64,000 nucleotides of DNA, from the NCBI RefSeq assembly GCF_018350175.1, contig NC_058373.1, positions 115,880,001 through 115,944,000 on the forward strand, in the 5' to 3' direction. This DNA comes from Felis catus (Eukaryota). Below, one piece after another: positions 51,581-63,399 of this stretch. Within the stretch, counting starts at the first letter, position 1; each line of letters starts with the position of its first letter. The position numbers were made by a program, and so were the translations under genes. The notes beneath the pieces were generated by a model. It ran no database searches and was not told the origin of the DNA. It worked only from the letters and a program-made list of their open reading frames with translations.

Positions 51581-52597
51581 TCTAGGTGTTCTTCCCCCCC
51601 CCCCCCCCCAGCCTCCCTCATAAATACTATGTACTCACTGAATGAATGGTCAACGACACCTCATCTACACTGTCATGGGTACTCAGATTCCTACAGACAC
51701 TACAATACATTTGTTTATTTATTCGAAAGACACAATTTATCTCCAAATACAATTCGCAAGATTTCCTGCGCTGCTTTCCACTGTCTTCTGCTCCCTTCAT
51801 CACATTACCATTCCAACAGCGCACTCCTCTCACACAAGGAGGGTCAGGGAAAGGGGAACAGGAGACCTGTTTTAAAGTTATCTCAAAGTGTGAAAAATCT
51901 CATTTAATCTAAAATGCACCTGAAAATCTTAGTCCCCCAACCTTGTGTACACACAACCCTGGTAAATACCTGTGTGAACTAAGACTAACCAGGAGAATAA
52001 CATGTTCACATACTTACCTCACTTCAAAAGCTCACTTTGCTATTGCTGTCAAAACCACCCAAAATAACAATGGAATTCACATAACTAAATCACCATTATG
52101 ATGTAACTCTGTTTACTACTACTCCTGCTTCCTCCATTTATTATGCCAAACACTCTACCTCAAATGTTCTTTTTATTACAAAAGTTTTAACTAATCTATC
52201 ATTTAAGGACTTAGATAGCTACCACATCAGGCTGAAAGGCAGCAGACAGAGTAAAAACAACATGTTTCAGATTCTAGTTTAGTTACCATCTATGACACTT
52301 TCAGCAACCTTTGAACGAGAACATTGTGCATACGCAGTCCTTAGTTTGTGAGGATTCAAAGAGAAAATAAACTTAAAGGCACAGAACAGTGTTAATTACA
52401 ATCCCTTTACCTACTTCTTCCATTAAGTCTTTGAAAACCTTTCCTTTGATTCAGATACGATTTTTCGCCAAGAGACCATTTTTTAATTAATGAGGAAAGT
52501 CAGTCTTTTTAGGTCACATCTGAAACAGTTCTCGATTAAAAATAAATATTCCAGGAAAAAGTGTCAAATCAACATTAACCACATGCATTCTCATTAC

Positions 52598-52713
52598 CTG
52601 CACAAATTTGGGTGGAAATTTCTGCCTAAGGTCCAGGAGCAAAGCATCCACACGTTGTCTCTGAAAAATAGAGCTTGGTTCCTCTTTCCTTTTGGCTTTA
52701 GGTTTGACTTTAT
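52598..52713 (-). CDS. MED6: MED6 exon 6 ([39 protein letters not shown])
   Basis: tag|...|gtaatg. Confidence 0.97.
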
Positions 52714-52941
52714 CTATTAAAATATGAAATCCAAATCAAAACACTGCCTAATTAGTTTGGTGTCTTATATTTTACATACCTCTGTCCACCATGAATATAC
52801 TCAAATTATCACTATTTTTAATGACTGCTATTCCAAAGACCATCCCCCCAAATAAATTAAACACAACATATACAAACAAGTGTTCTAACTCTCCCTCTTA
52901 AATGAAGTTAACATTTTAACATTTAAAATGCTGACTCCTCC

Positions 52942-53440
52942 GGCACCTAGGTGGGTCAGTGGGTTAAGCATCTGACTCATTTTCGGCTCAGGTCATGATA
53001 CCATGGTTTGTGAATTCGAGCCCCACGTTGGGCTCTGTGCTAAGAGCACAAAGCCTGCTTGGGATTCTCTCTCTCCTTCTCTCTCTGCCCCTCCCCTGCT
53101 CTCTCTCTCAAAATAATTAAACAAACTTCAAAAAATCTTAAAAAAAATAAAAATAAAAAAATGAAAAGCTGATTCTTTTAAAGATACTTCAGTTTTGGTA
53201 TGTAAGCATACATAAATATTAAGAATTTTAAGGCTGGGGCGCCTGGGTGGCTCAGTCGATTAAGTGTCTGACTTTGGCTCAGGTCATGATCTCACAGTTC
53301 ATGAGTTCACGCCCCATGTTGGGCTCTGTGCTGACAGCTCAGAGCCTGAAGCCTGCTTTGGATTCTGTGTCTCCCTCTCTCTGTCCCTACCCTGCTTACA
53401 CTCTGTTTCTCTCTCTCAAAATTAACATTAAAAAAAAGAA
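52942..53440 (+). mobile_element. Two CAN-SINEs (52942-53160, 53236-53440)
   Basis: SINE consensus x2. Confidence 0.9.
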
Positions 53441-53892
53441 AGAGAATTTTAAGGCTAAAGTTTTCCGTAATTACCTAAATCACAATCCAGAGTATTAATT
53501 TGAAATTATCTTGTGTATATTTTAAGTATATTAAAATGGTCTTCCCACTATACCTAATAGCTACAAATGGAAATGCAACATTCACAAACTCAAGTTACCA
53601 TACTCAATTATAAAGACTGTAATTCACTGGGAAGGGCAGGGGACAGGACAAACCAAACGACAGCAGATCATGAAGAAAGAAAGAAAAGAACCTGCAAGAG
53701 AATTTCTGAAATCAAACGTGTGTGGAACTTCCTTAGAAGGTTAAGTGTATTGAGGCACTGTCTCTCAATGAAGAGTTCCAGATAAGTTTTATTGCAAACA
53801 TTCCATTGTAACAGGGGCAAACAGCTCTGGGGAGAAACTTTCCTATGTCAAATGTTGCCACCTGCACCTACTATTAAGAATAAATACAACTG

Positions 53893-53937
53893 ATGGAAAC
53901 CAATTTGACAATAAATTTCATATATTGAAGAAAAAAA
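53893..53937 (+). mobile_element. Ultra-short feline L1 3' end
   Basis: 17-bp perfect TSD aagaataaatacaactg around atggaaaccaatttgacaataaatttcatatattg plus A-tail. Confidence 0.8.
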
Positions 53938-54603
53938 AAGAATAAATACAACTGTATCTGAAAGACCATTTGCTCCATTTAAAGGCTGAATTCTATTTAA
54001 AAGCTACTTTTCCCTCAATAACTTATTTTGAGTTGCTATTTCTCAGAGAAGGAAATTTCGAGTATAGGTATATTGTCATAGACACATTTCCAGGAGTACT
54101 TTTATTGTAAAATACGGTGCAGAACAAGTAGCAGATTAGCAGCTATGGAAACTAGGGGACCTGGGTAGGTAGTAACATGCAAAGATCATTAAACAGACTG
54201 GCCATCTGGAAATAGGCCTATTAAAGCATCTCCCCTACTTTGAAGACTGGGGATATTTAGGTTCCAGATTTCAAGATGACTCAAAGGTTAGGTAAGCAGG
54301 ATACATCATCATGATTCATTCCAAACACTGATTATCCTCTGTATGTTCCAAATATTTTAAAACCTTGAATCAATTTATAAAAGATTACCAGTTACCTACA
54401 GATTAAAATTTACATCTGTTCCTATGGGAAAGCTATTATTACCACATCCAGTTACAGGAATCATAGCTAGGACAATGCCATCATCCTATGAAGTCTTCCT
54501 ATGTAAAACACACCTAGAAATCAATAGCCATTTTCCTAAAGAAAACCACTTCATTCTCAAAACACCAAAAAGAGTTCTTAGGAGGTCCAGGTATTCTACC
54601 CAC

Positions 54604-54712
54604 CTTGTTCTTCATGATCTTTGAAGTGCCACCAATAACCTTTGGAAGGATGATATCGACAGTAGGACATAGCTTCATCAAAAGCTGACTGAATGCCATG
54701 CACTGCAGTAAG
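54604..54712 (-). CDS. MED6: MED6 exon 5 ([36 protein letters not shown])
   Basis: aag| acceptor, |gtgggt donor. Confidence 0.97.
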
Positions 54713-55068
54713 CTTGTAAAAAGAAAACAAATTCTGAATTTCTCATTAGATCAACTAAAATCTCCAAAGTAAACACCCACAAAATATTACATATGCAAAG
54801 ATAGTAATTTTCTGGGGTTTTTCCAGAACCTGAATCACTATAGAGCTGGGCTGTGATGTATACTTTTAACACGGACTTGGCCCATAGTAACCAATGTTCA
54901 AGACATTCTGATAGTCAACCCTTCATACCAAACTACACAAGAAAGAGAAGGAGAAGCTTCTGTTGGATTCCTGGATACTTGATTAAAAGTTGATTGATTA
55001 AAAGTTTTGATTAAATATAGCTTGATTAAAAGTTTTGTTTAGTGTTTCAAGAATGTGAAGATACTTAC

Positions 55069-55151
55069 CACCCTAGAGTTTATAACTGACCCCAAGTCTG
55101 GTGCCTGATAGATCACTCCAGCAATGATATAGTAATCAGCCAGTGGGATAA
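55069..55151 (-). CDS. MED6: MED6 exon 4 ([28 protein letters not shown])
   Basis: tag|...|gtaagt. Confidence 0.97.
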
Positions 55152-55264
55152 CTAAAGCAGTGAAAATAAAAACATTCATGAATACAGCTATTCATACAAA
55201 CTGCTAAATAGATTTTCATAAAAAGAACAACTAAAATTTGCTATTTTTCCGTATTAAAGCTTAA

Positions 55265-55595
55265 GGCATGGTTTGGCAATTCCCATTTTTGTAAATAAAT
55301 TTATATTGGAAAACAGCCATACTCATTCATTTATATTATCTAAGGCTGCTCTGACACTGGTTGAGTAGCTGTTACAGACTCCACGAGGCCCTCAAAGCCT
55401 AAAATATTTACTCTCTGGACTGTAACAGAAAAGGTTTGCAAACGAGAGCAGTGCTTCTCAAACTTGAATGTGCCTCTGAATCACCTGAGCATCTTGTGAA
55501 AGTCAGATTCTTATTCAGTAGGGATAGTGCATTTTTAGTAAATTCCCAAGTGATCGAACACTGCTATCAGTCAACTACACTATGGAGAATAAGAC
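55265..55595. mobile_element. MER58-like (55265-55445) and MER5A-like (55449-55595) hAT relics
   Basis: aaagcctaaaatatttactctctgg...aaggtttgc; cagtgcttctcaaacttgaatgtg..gaatcacctg. Confidence 0.65.
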
Positions 55596-55657
55596 CTTAG
55601 AGTGAGAGATTTAGGGCCTAGGGTGAAGATATCAGATGCACTAAACTTGCCACTGCA

Positions 55658-56098
55658 GGGACGCCTGGATGGCTTAGTTGGTTAAGTGTCTGAGTTTGGT
55701 TCAGGTCATGATCTCACTGCTCGCGAGTTCGAGCCCCACATCAGGCTCTGGGCCAACAGCTCAGAGCCTGGAGCCTGCTTCGGACTCTGTGTCTCCCTCT
55801 CCCTCTGCCCCTCCCTCACTTGTGTTCTATCTCTCAAAAATAAATAAACAACAAAAAAAATTTTTTTTTTTTTAATTTTTTTTTTTTTTTTTTTTTAGCG
55901 TTTATTTATTTTGGAGACAGAGAGAGACAGAGAATGAACGGGGGAGGGGCAGAGAGAGAGGGAGACACAGAATCGGAAGCAGGCTCCAGGCTCTGAGCCA
56001 TCAGCCCAGAGCCCGACGCGGGGCTCGAACTCACAGACCGCGAGATCGTGACCTGGCTGAAGTCGGACGCTTAACCGACTGCGCCACCCAGGCGCCCC
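55658..56098. mobile_element. Nested tail-to-tail SINE pair: + copy 55658-55860, young - copy 55861-56098
   Basis: Outer TSD taaacttgccactg (55642-55655 / 56113-56126). Confidence 0.95.
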
Positions 56099-56126
56099 AA
56101 AGATTTTTTTTTTAAACTTGCCACTG

Positions 56127-56589
56127 TGCCCCATTCCTGGGTCCTAAAGAAGAAAACAGCTGCTAGTGAAGCTGGTACCACCTCTGTCGCTTCCATACCT
56201 TGAACCCTGTCATCATGGAAATCTTGTTCCTGGTCTTGCCTTTGTCTAAGGTTCTTTTTTCCTTGGGGAAGGGGCTCTAGATCATTGATTTTGAAATTAC
56301 ATTTGGAGTCTTGACTCTGGAACCACAACTTCTTTAGCAAGTCATTCTTTGCTCAACAACCAATACCAGGGTGCAGGTTTTTCCTAAATGTCTTGAAAAG
56401 GTTATCTAATGAGGAGATATAGCTGGTCATGCCTGGAATAGGTGACTAGCTCTTTGATTCAAAGTCAAATCTGAATTCTACACCCTTCAGTATGATTTCT
56501 AGAGCAAGTTTATGTTTAGTGATAGAAGCCAGGTAAGAATTTTGGTTGAATAGGTCAACAAGGATTTTCAGTTGATCCTCTATGAATTT
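56127..56589 (-). pseudogene. DUXA: Processed (intronless) DUXA double-homeobox pseudogene in MED6 intron 3
   Basis: HD1: KFIEDQLKILVDLFNQNSYLASITKHKLALEI/TEGCRIQI*../NQRASHLFQ. HD2: MTSYISSLDNLFKTFRKNLHPGIGC*../LAKEVVVPESRLQM*FQNQ*SR. Tail: QDQEQD...VQGME/GGTSFTS. All colinear with recalled DUXA. Confidence 0.85.
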
Positions 56590-57226
56590 GTAACAGAATT
56601 AGACTCAGTGGACTGAGATGAGAAATTACTTAGGGCACCAGAGGTTCCCAACAACTATACTCACAAAAGAGGTGGCTGCAACATAGCAAGTTGCTTTGTT
56701 AGTGCTTACAGAGTTGTCCTTGGGCACGCTAGAAGACTCCTGATATCCAAGCATATGACTAGTGGAACTTGGCTTTTGAAATATTTCCTAAGTGGTAAAT
56801 TTATGCCTGCTATACTACAGTGCCTAGACAATTTGTCTGTAACAACATGGTTACAATGGAAACCTCATTTCCTTCTGAGAAGCTGGAATTTTGGCTGGCA
56901 GAGGATGTCCACATGATTAGCCTTCAAAAGAAATTGAGTATCAAAAGGCCTTCCCTGAGCAGACATATTACACATGTGCGTGGGGGCTGCTGGAGGGAGG
57001 ATGCACTTGGTGAGGCCCCTCGCAGGAGGGAAAGCAACGGAAGCTTACACGTGGATTCCCACAGATCCCACTTGATATGGCTTTTTCCCTTATTCATCTG
57101 TCTGTGGATCCTTACTGCACTGCCATAACAAATCTCGATTACAACTAACATATCTAGATGCTGAGTCTGCTGACTCCTCTTAGCAAGGCACTGAACATGC
57201 AAATGGTCTTGGGGATCCCCCAAACA
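56589..57226 (+). mobile_element. MER77/MER21-class ERV-L solo LTR
   Basis: tgtaacagaa...gtgcctagac...ggtcttggggatcccccaaaca; shares motifs with 43207-43705. Confidence 0.6.
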
Positions 57227-57324
57227 GACCCCAATCCAAAAAGATAAGAACATGTGGCTCAGAAAGTTAAGTAAGCCATGACATTTTAAGAAGACAATTA
57301 TGCCTGAAGTCTACACATTTTTAC

Positions 57325-57416
57325 CTTGGGTAGGGGACTGCCGCTGTTGCTTCCGAATGATAAAAAGAATGGGCTCTTGAGCGTGTAGAAGGATGTATTC
57401 CACTCCAACCATTTGA
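57325..57416 (-). CDS. MED6: MED6 exon 3 ([31 protein letters not shown])
   Basis: cag|...|gtaaaa. Confidence 0.97.
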
Positions 57417-58172
57417 CTGAAAACAGAACACAGACACCCAGAGATCTATGAATGCCCAACAAACAACTGTGTAGAACGTTCAGATTATTATATAAAAATA
57501 CAGCAACATTATAAATTGGATTAAAACTGCCTATGTTTGATATTAAAAACTGGCTGTCCAATAAAACTGGCTATTTTCCCAGATAGGTGGGATATAAAGT
57601 AAGATTTGATTTTTAAACAACAAAGTTTCTCTATAAAAATTCATAATAAACTTAAATCTGAGCATATTCAGTCATAAAAGTACACTGAAGAGTGTACATT
57701 TCAAAAAGCTGCAACTAAAATAGCATGATGCTTCCTGAGATAAATATATGTAAAATCTAAAAATATATAGTACATGAAGACTATACATGTCTTGACTATA
57801 TATTTCAACTCTATATTCTACTCAACTAGAAAACATCAAAAACCTTATCCTTCCAACACATTTTTTTAACCTGCCAGATTGCTTAAAAGCAACAAGTTGT
57901 TCTAATAGTTGTAAATATTTGCCTCATAACAAAAGTCATTTAAAATACCACAGAAATTTAATTTCATGAACCCTCTCTGATGTTTAATGATAAAAACTAT
58001 ATACACAGCTGTTTCAGAAACTTTTGTAATAATTCTTAATTATTTAGCATACTAACTCTGAAGAAATACTTTGCAATTGTCAGGCAAAAATTTTATTTGT
58101 CATACAAAGAAAAATCTACTATAAACCGGACTATAGTTTAAGACATTACATTCGATGTAAAAGAGACGGTAA

Positions 58173-58375
58173 GGGGCCCCTGGGTGGCTTAGTCGGTTAA
58201 GCGTCCGACTTCAGCTCAGGTCATGATTTCGCGGTTCATGGGCTCGAGCCCTGCGTCGGGCTCTGTGCTGACAGCTCAGGGCTTGCAGTCTGCTTTAGAT
58301 TGTATCTCCCTCTCTCGCTCTGCCCCTCCCTCTGTCTCTCTCTCTTTCAAAAATATACATTTAAAAAAAAAAAAG
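58173..58375 (+). mobile_element. CAN-SINE
   Basis: TSD aaaagagac(g/a)gtaag-like. Confidence 0.9.
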
Positions 58376-58680
58376 AGAGACAGTAAGTAGGGTCACCTGG
58401 TTGAGGCTAACAGTTGCATTGCTAAAATCACTAATTAGATCTGCATCTAAACCTAATAGCTGTATTTTACTAGACAGTAATATATGAAATTATACAGAAA
58501 AGACTTCCTAGGTTACAAGTGATTACTGATGATTCTTTTGCATGTCAAATTTGTACAAACCCAAACAAAACTCCAGTTCTTCCCAAACTTCTACTCTGTA
58601 CTCACTATCCATAGCTTGAAAGAACCATTCATTTCAAAATCTCTAACTGGCAACAATGCTATCTTCTTACAGTAACTTAC

Positions 58681-58840
58681 TTTAAGTGTTCTAATGTAAG
58701 CCTCTGCATTTTGACCACTTCATTATTACATGTCCTGTCGTAGAAAGGATTACTTCTTTCTGAAAAGTAATCCAGGACACTTCCACTGTTCAAAATGGGG
58801 ATCCAGGAACTGTCAACCCAAGAGATTCCCAGTAGATTAT
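58681..58840 (-). CDS. MED6: MED6 exon 2 ([53 protein letters not shown])
   Basis: tag|...|gtaagt. Confidence 0.98.
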
Positions 58841-61489
58841 CTATAGGAAACAAAATGATAAAGGATGAGAAAAAAGTAAAAAAGCCAATCCAACATTTAT
58901 TATGCATCTAATGCAGGAAGCATTATGAATATAAGGATGACAAGGATCCTAACCTATACACTTTCACAGAAGACGTAAGTGTGCAAGAAAGCAATAACAA
59001 GGTGACATGATAAGTGCTAAAATAAAGATATGAATAAATGTGTTATCAGAGCACGGTGGAGGGAGAATACTTTGTCTGAGGGAACAGTAATGATTTTTCA
59101 CTGGGTGAGGAGGAGGTGGGTTTTAGCACTACATGTTAGAGAATAAACAGAGGTTCATCTAGGACAAAAAAAGGCAGGCGGGGGGGGGGGGGCAAAGTAA
59201 TTTCAAGCAGAGAGAATGCACATACAAAGATAGACCAATATAGAGGTAAGTGGTTAGAGAATAATTTGATTATGTGAAATGATAGGATATAAAATGTAGA
59301 AAAGTCTCAAAAAATTGGAAATCCTGAGTTTTGTTCAAAAATTGTCAGACAACATGCATCCCAAAGAAAACACACCCACAGCCACCAGTTTGAGATCTCA
59401 CCAATTAGGGACAGAGAAATAAGTTAGGAAGCTATTATTACAGAGGAGATAATGAATGTAAAAGTTATGAAGCTAATGAGAAGTAGAATGCCCTTAATTA
59501 CATACAATTTCATATTTTGGATTAGAATTAACTCTTTAATTTTTCAAAATGCAAAAAGAAAAACAAGACATGGTAAACAGAACTAGATAGCTTTAACTAC
59601 TGAGCTTTTATTGGCTATTGATTGCAATAATGTTCCATATCATTGATCATACTAAATCCCATTAAGAGTAAGTCTGAACATCAAAATGCCTATTTAATAC
59701 TGGTTAAAAAAGGGAAGAACTGAAAACTTCAACCTCTATAAATGGTAACTGCTTCTGGCACCTCTGAAAAAAAAAGACCTAATCCAAGGCAATAAGCGGT
59801 TCTGAAGGAAATGAGTAAAATGAGAAAAAGTAATTACATAAAGGTAAAATGTGCTGTGTGTGTTGCAAAACCAAGGAAAAAGCAAACAGATGAAGTACAT
59901 CAATGACCAAATAATCAGTACTCACCGTTAAGATGGTTCATCATAACTACATCATGCCATAACCAAATATCAGGCCAGGAAATAACTTTTTCAGCAAAAG
60001 ATTTTTTTTAATGAAAAGCAACTAAGGATAATCATTATTCTCAGCTTTAAACACTACAGTCCAGTTATTAAAGTAGTTTTCTTTAAAGCAACTTTCTTAC
60101 ACATTTCTTTCTTATTTCTTTAGGAATGATTATTAACAAAAGCATTTGTAGACGGACAATTATAGGTTTCTCACATAATGGAACTATGTCTGTATGATGT
60201 CATAATAGGTTACTGACAATAAACTGTTAAATTGTTACAGATCATTTCAGCATAGGTAGAAGAGTAATTTGCAGAAACAAATGTGTAATTAGAGATTCCA
60301 CCTATCAACGATTATGGAGAGTCAATAAATATGGGCATGAGTTAATGAAGACTGGTGAAAGGCAATGGCGATGCATGGGAAAATAAGGACAAATAGACAT
60401 TCCTAGGGGAGAAAACAGACAATTTCCTGAATCATCAATTATAAAGTCAGAGAACTTAGGAACCAATACTCATTTAGGAAAATAATGATAATGAATTTGG
60501 CTTGGATATATTAAGTTTAAATAAGGAATCAGAATTCAGAAGGAATCATAAATGCCATCTGCTCCAAGTGACTGTTCAGTATATTTTCCCTATAATTTTC
60601 TTCACTAAGATGTATCCTGATCAGCAGTCCTATGTCATATTTTCCTCATTTGGTAAACTAATCAAAGCTAAAAACCAGGCAAGTATGGCTTAGGAGACCA
60701 ATACAAATGCAGAGAATATTGTTTACCGCTTCTGAACACTGACTTTGTGCCGGGCACTATTTTAACCACTTTACCACACAGAACTCAAAGAGGTTGGTAC
60801 TATATAGATACTACATAGTATCCATATGCTAGATTGTGTACATAAAATACTTAGCACATTGTAATAACCCAATAAATGTTAATTAGGGTGATGTTGGTGG
60901 CAGTACCAACAGTTTATTTTAAAATTATCATGAGCAAATTTATCTCTGGCTTAATCAAGGCTGGTCTAGTTTGTACCTTTCCTCCCCTCCCCCCAGTTTA
61001 TGCCTTTTTGAAAAATAGAGACTCCTTTTATTTTCAAAAATGTGTGAGGTTAGTATATCATTTAAACAGTCACGCTAGGTTGAACTCATTTCAAATGTCA
61101 GTATCTCTCCAAAGCCTTTGTCTACTTAGCAAGACAAAAATAATGGCTTCTTTCTCTATGTTCTCACAGAAATTTTTACACTTTTATTAATACTCATAAC
61201 CCAGAAATACAAACGCGTTCCCATTATATTTGACTTTTTAGACGACTGAGGCCATGTCTTGCTCATCAAGAACTTGCATAGGGCCAGATTTAAGATAGTC
61301 AGCAAATGTTAATTAATTTATGATTGCGGGCCAAGGACAAGTGACTCTACTCAACACAGGTTCATATACACTCCAGAATCCAAGGACGTTCACTTACAAA
61401 ATGGTTAACTGAGATTAAGAGGGTGATATGTGGCTGAGAAAATATTACCTGTGCCACTTGAGGACTACCTGTGATCACACCGCCATTAG

Positions 61490-61910
61490 GAGAATACACT
61501 ACTAAGTCAAACAAACTCCAACCACTTCCTACCACCTCCACTGTTACCACCCTAGTCCCAGCTACCTCGACATTTCCTTGTATTACAGGAGTGAATTCCC
61601 AACTGGTCTTCCTAATTCCACCCTCGCCTTTCTACACTGTTCTCAACAGTCAAAGTGATCCTTTAAAAAAAGAAAGTCAGATTATGATCATCCCCTTTGG
61701 TGAAAACCTCCCAGTGGCGGTCTGTTTTACTCACTGGAAAAGCCAAAGACTTGACTATGGCCTACGATCCCTACCTATATGATCAAGCCATCAATTACCT
61801 TTCTGACCTCATCTCCTTCTCACCTCCGCTCTCTCTGCTTCAGGCATACTGACCTTACTGTTCCTCTAACACACCAGACATTCTCCCACCTTAAAGCCTT
61901 TGTAATGACC
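61490..61910 (-). mobile_element. L2 fragment
   Basis: ccaaccacttcctaccacctccactgttaccaccctagtcc..., ctgttcctctaacacaccagacattctcccacc. Confidence 0.65.
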
Positions 61911-62296
61911 TTAACAAATCTAAGTAAAAGTAAAACATTGTGAAAGGTAAGTATTTGAAAACTCTGAGGGACTAAATGTTTCTCTTTTTTATTCAACAGC
62001 AAGAGAACATGTTGACATAGCCTAACTACAGCTCTCTATTAGCAAGTGATAAAATTAGGCACTTGAAACTCTCACAATGAAAAAAAAACACATAAAAACA
62101 AGGTACAGAAATGCTGAAGATCACTGGACATTCTGAGTAACTATAAATGAGAATACATTTCTATTAAGTGTGCTAGACCCCCATTTGGTTAATATAGAAA
62201 AAGGAATCTCAAAACACTTCCCTTTAAAAATCAGGTATATGCAAACAAAAATAACCCTAGGTGAAAACGATTAGGAACATATTACAGTTAGACATC

Positions 62297-62528
62297 TTTT
62301 TTTTTTATTCTTTTTTTTTTTTTTTAACGTTTATTTATTTTTGAGACAGAGAGAGACAGAGCTTGAACAGGGGAGGGTCAGAGAGAGAGGGAGACACAGA
62401 ATCGGAAATAGGCTCCAGGCTCTGAGCTGTCAGCACAGAGCCTGACTCGGGGCTCGAACTCATGGACCGTGAGATCATGACCTGAGCCGAAGTCAGATGC
62501 TTAACCGACTGAGCCACCCAGGCGCCCC
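62297..62528 (-). mobile_element. SINEC_Fc
   Basis: TSD tac(a/g)gttagacatctttt. Confidence 0.95.
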
Positions 62529-63399
62529 TACGGTTAGACATCTTTTGAGGAAAGCCCTTTTGCTTTAATTGGCTAGGGGTAAGAAGGCTTGCATCTAGGT
62601 ACAAAAATCCACTTCCTTAAAGGAAAAGTACACAAAGTTTCAAACGGAAGTAAATATAGATTGAGAGTTTCTTACAGGTGTAAGAAGTTTTGTGGAAGCC
62701 ACCACCACAACAGTAAAAAATAAAGATATTCACGGACACTCTCTCACTCTCAAATTTTTCTCGTTCTCATGAAGATTAACTTCCATGATACCTCCTCCCA
62801 AGGGGGAAGCTGGTCTGTTTGGAACGAAATTCTCACGCTTCAAGCTATATTTTCACTCTTTGAAATTCCAGAGCACAATTCCTAGACTTCTTTCTTTTTC
62901 TTTTCTTTTCTTTCTTTCTTTTTTCTTTTTTTTTTTTTTTTTTTACAAATTCAATGAAAAAGATGTGTGTACGTGTGCTGGGGAGAATGTATAGCCTAAT
63001 TTACACGGAAATCAAATAGCAATTAAGGGATGTTGCCTCCCTGTCTATATTCACTGATTCAACAAATACCTAAGCACCTTTACAGTTCAGTTGTGAAAAA
63101 GGACCGATCCTTGCGGTCAGTAATTGTGGTGTGTTCTACGGCAGGTATTAGAGACTCAAAAAGAAAACCTTCGGGATTCACGCCCAGGGACACGTGGGGC
63201 GCAGTGTCAGGAATAAGGCAGCTCCCACGCCCAGTCCCAAGAGATGAACCAACTCACGTCATCCCACCTCTCGGCCCAAAGGCCACCCCTTCACCTGGAC
63301 AAAACAGCCCCAGTCTTGTTGGAGAGCGTGTCTGCAACAACACTGCAGGTCTGAGGGCAAAGCCCAGAGCTTCCAACCCCTTCGTTTTGAAGCTTCTAA

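Noticed and set aside
54713..54715. AAG splice acceptor of MED6 exon 5
   Set aside because: Less common but valid; strong pyrimidine tract and the frame is preserved.
56071..56340. 89-aa ORF starting LKKLWFQ, resembling a homeodomain helix 3
   Set aside because: That WFQ is in the wrong frame. The true homeodomain frame is LAKEVVVPESRLQM*FQN and is disrupted, so there is no functional protein.
56660..56740. Weak resemblance to a DUXA start (gtgcccaaggacaactct) on the - strand
   Set aside because: Lies inside the LTR and the similarity is too weak.
267..62604. Recurring peptides such as GAWVAQSVK..LTAQSLEPASDSVSPSL, and tRNA-like A/B boxes
   Set aside because: CAN-SINE translations and their tRNA-derived heads, not a gene family or real tRNA genes.
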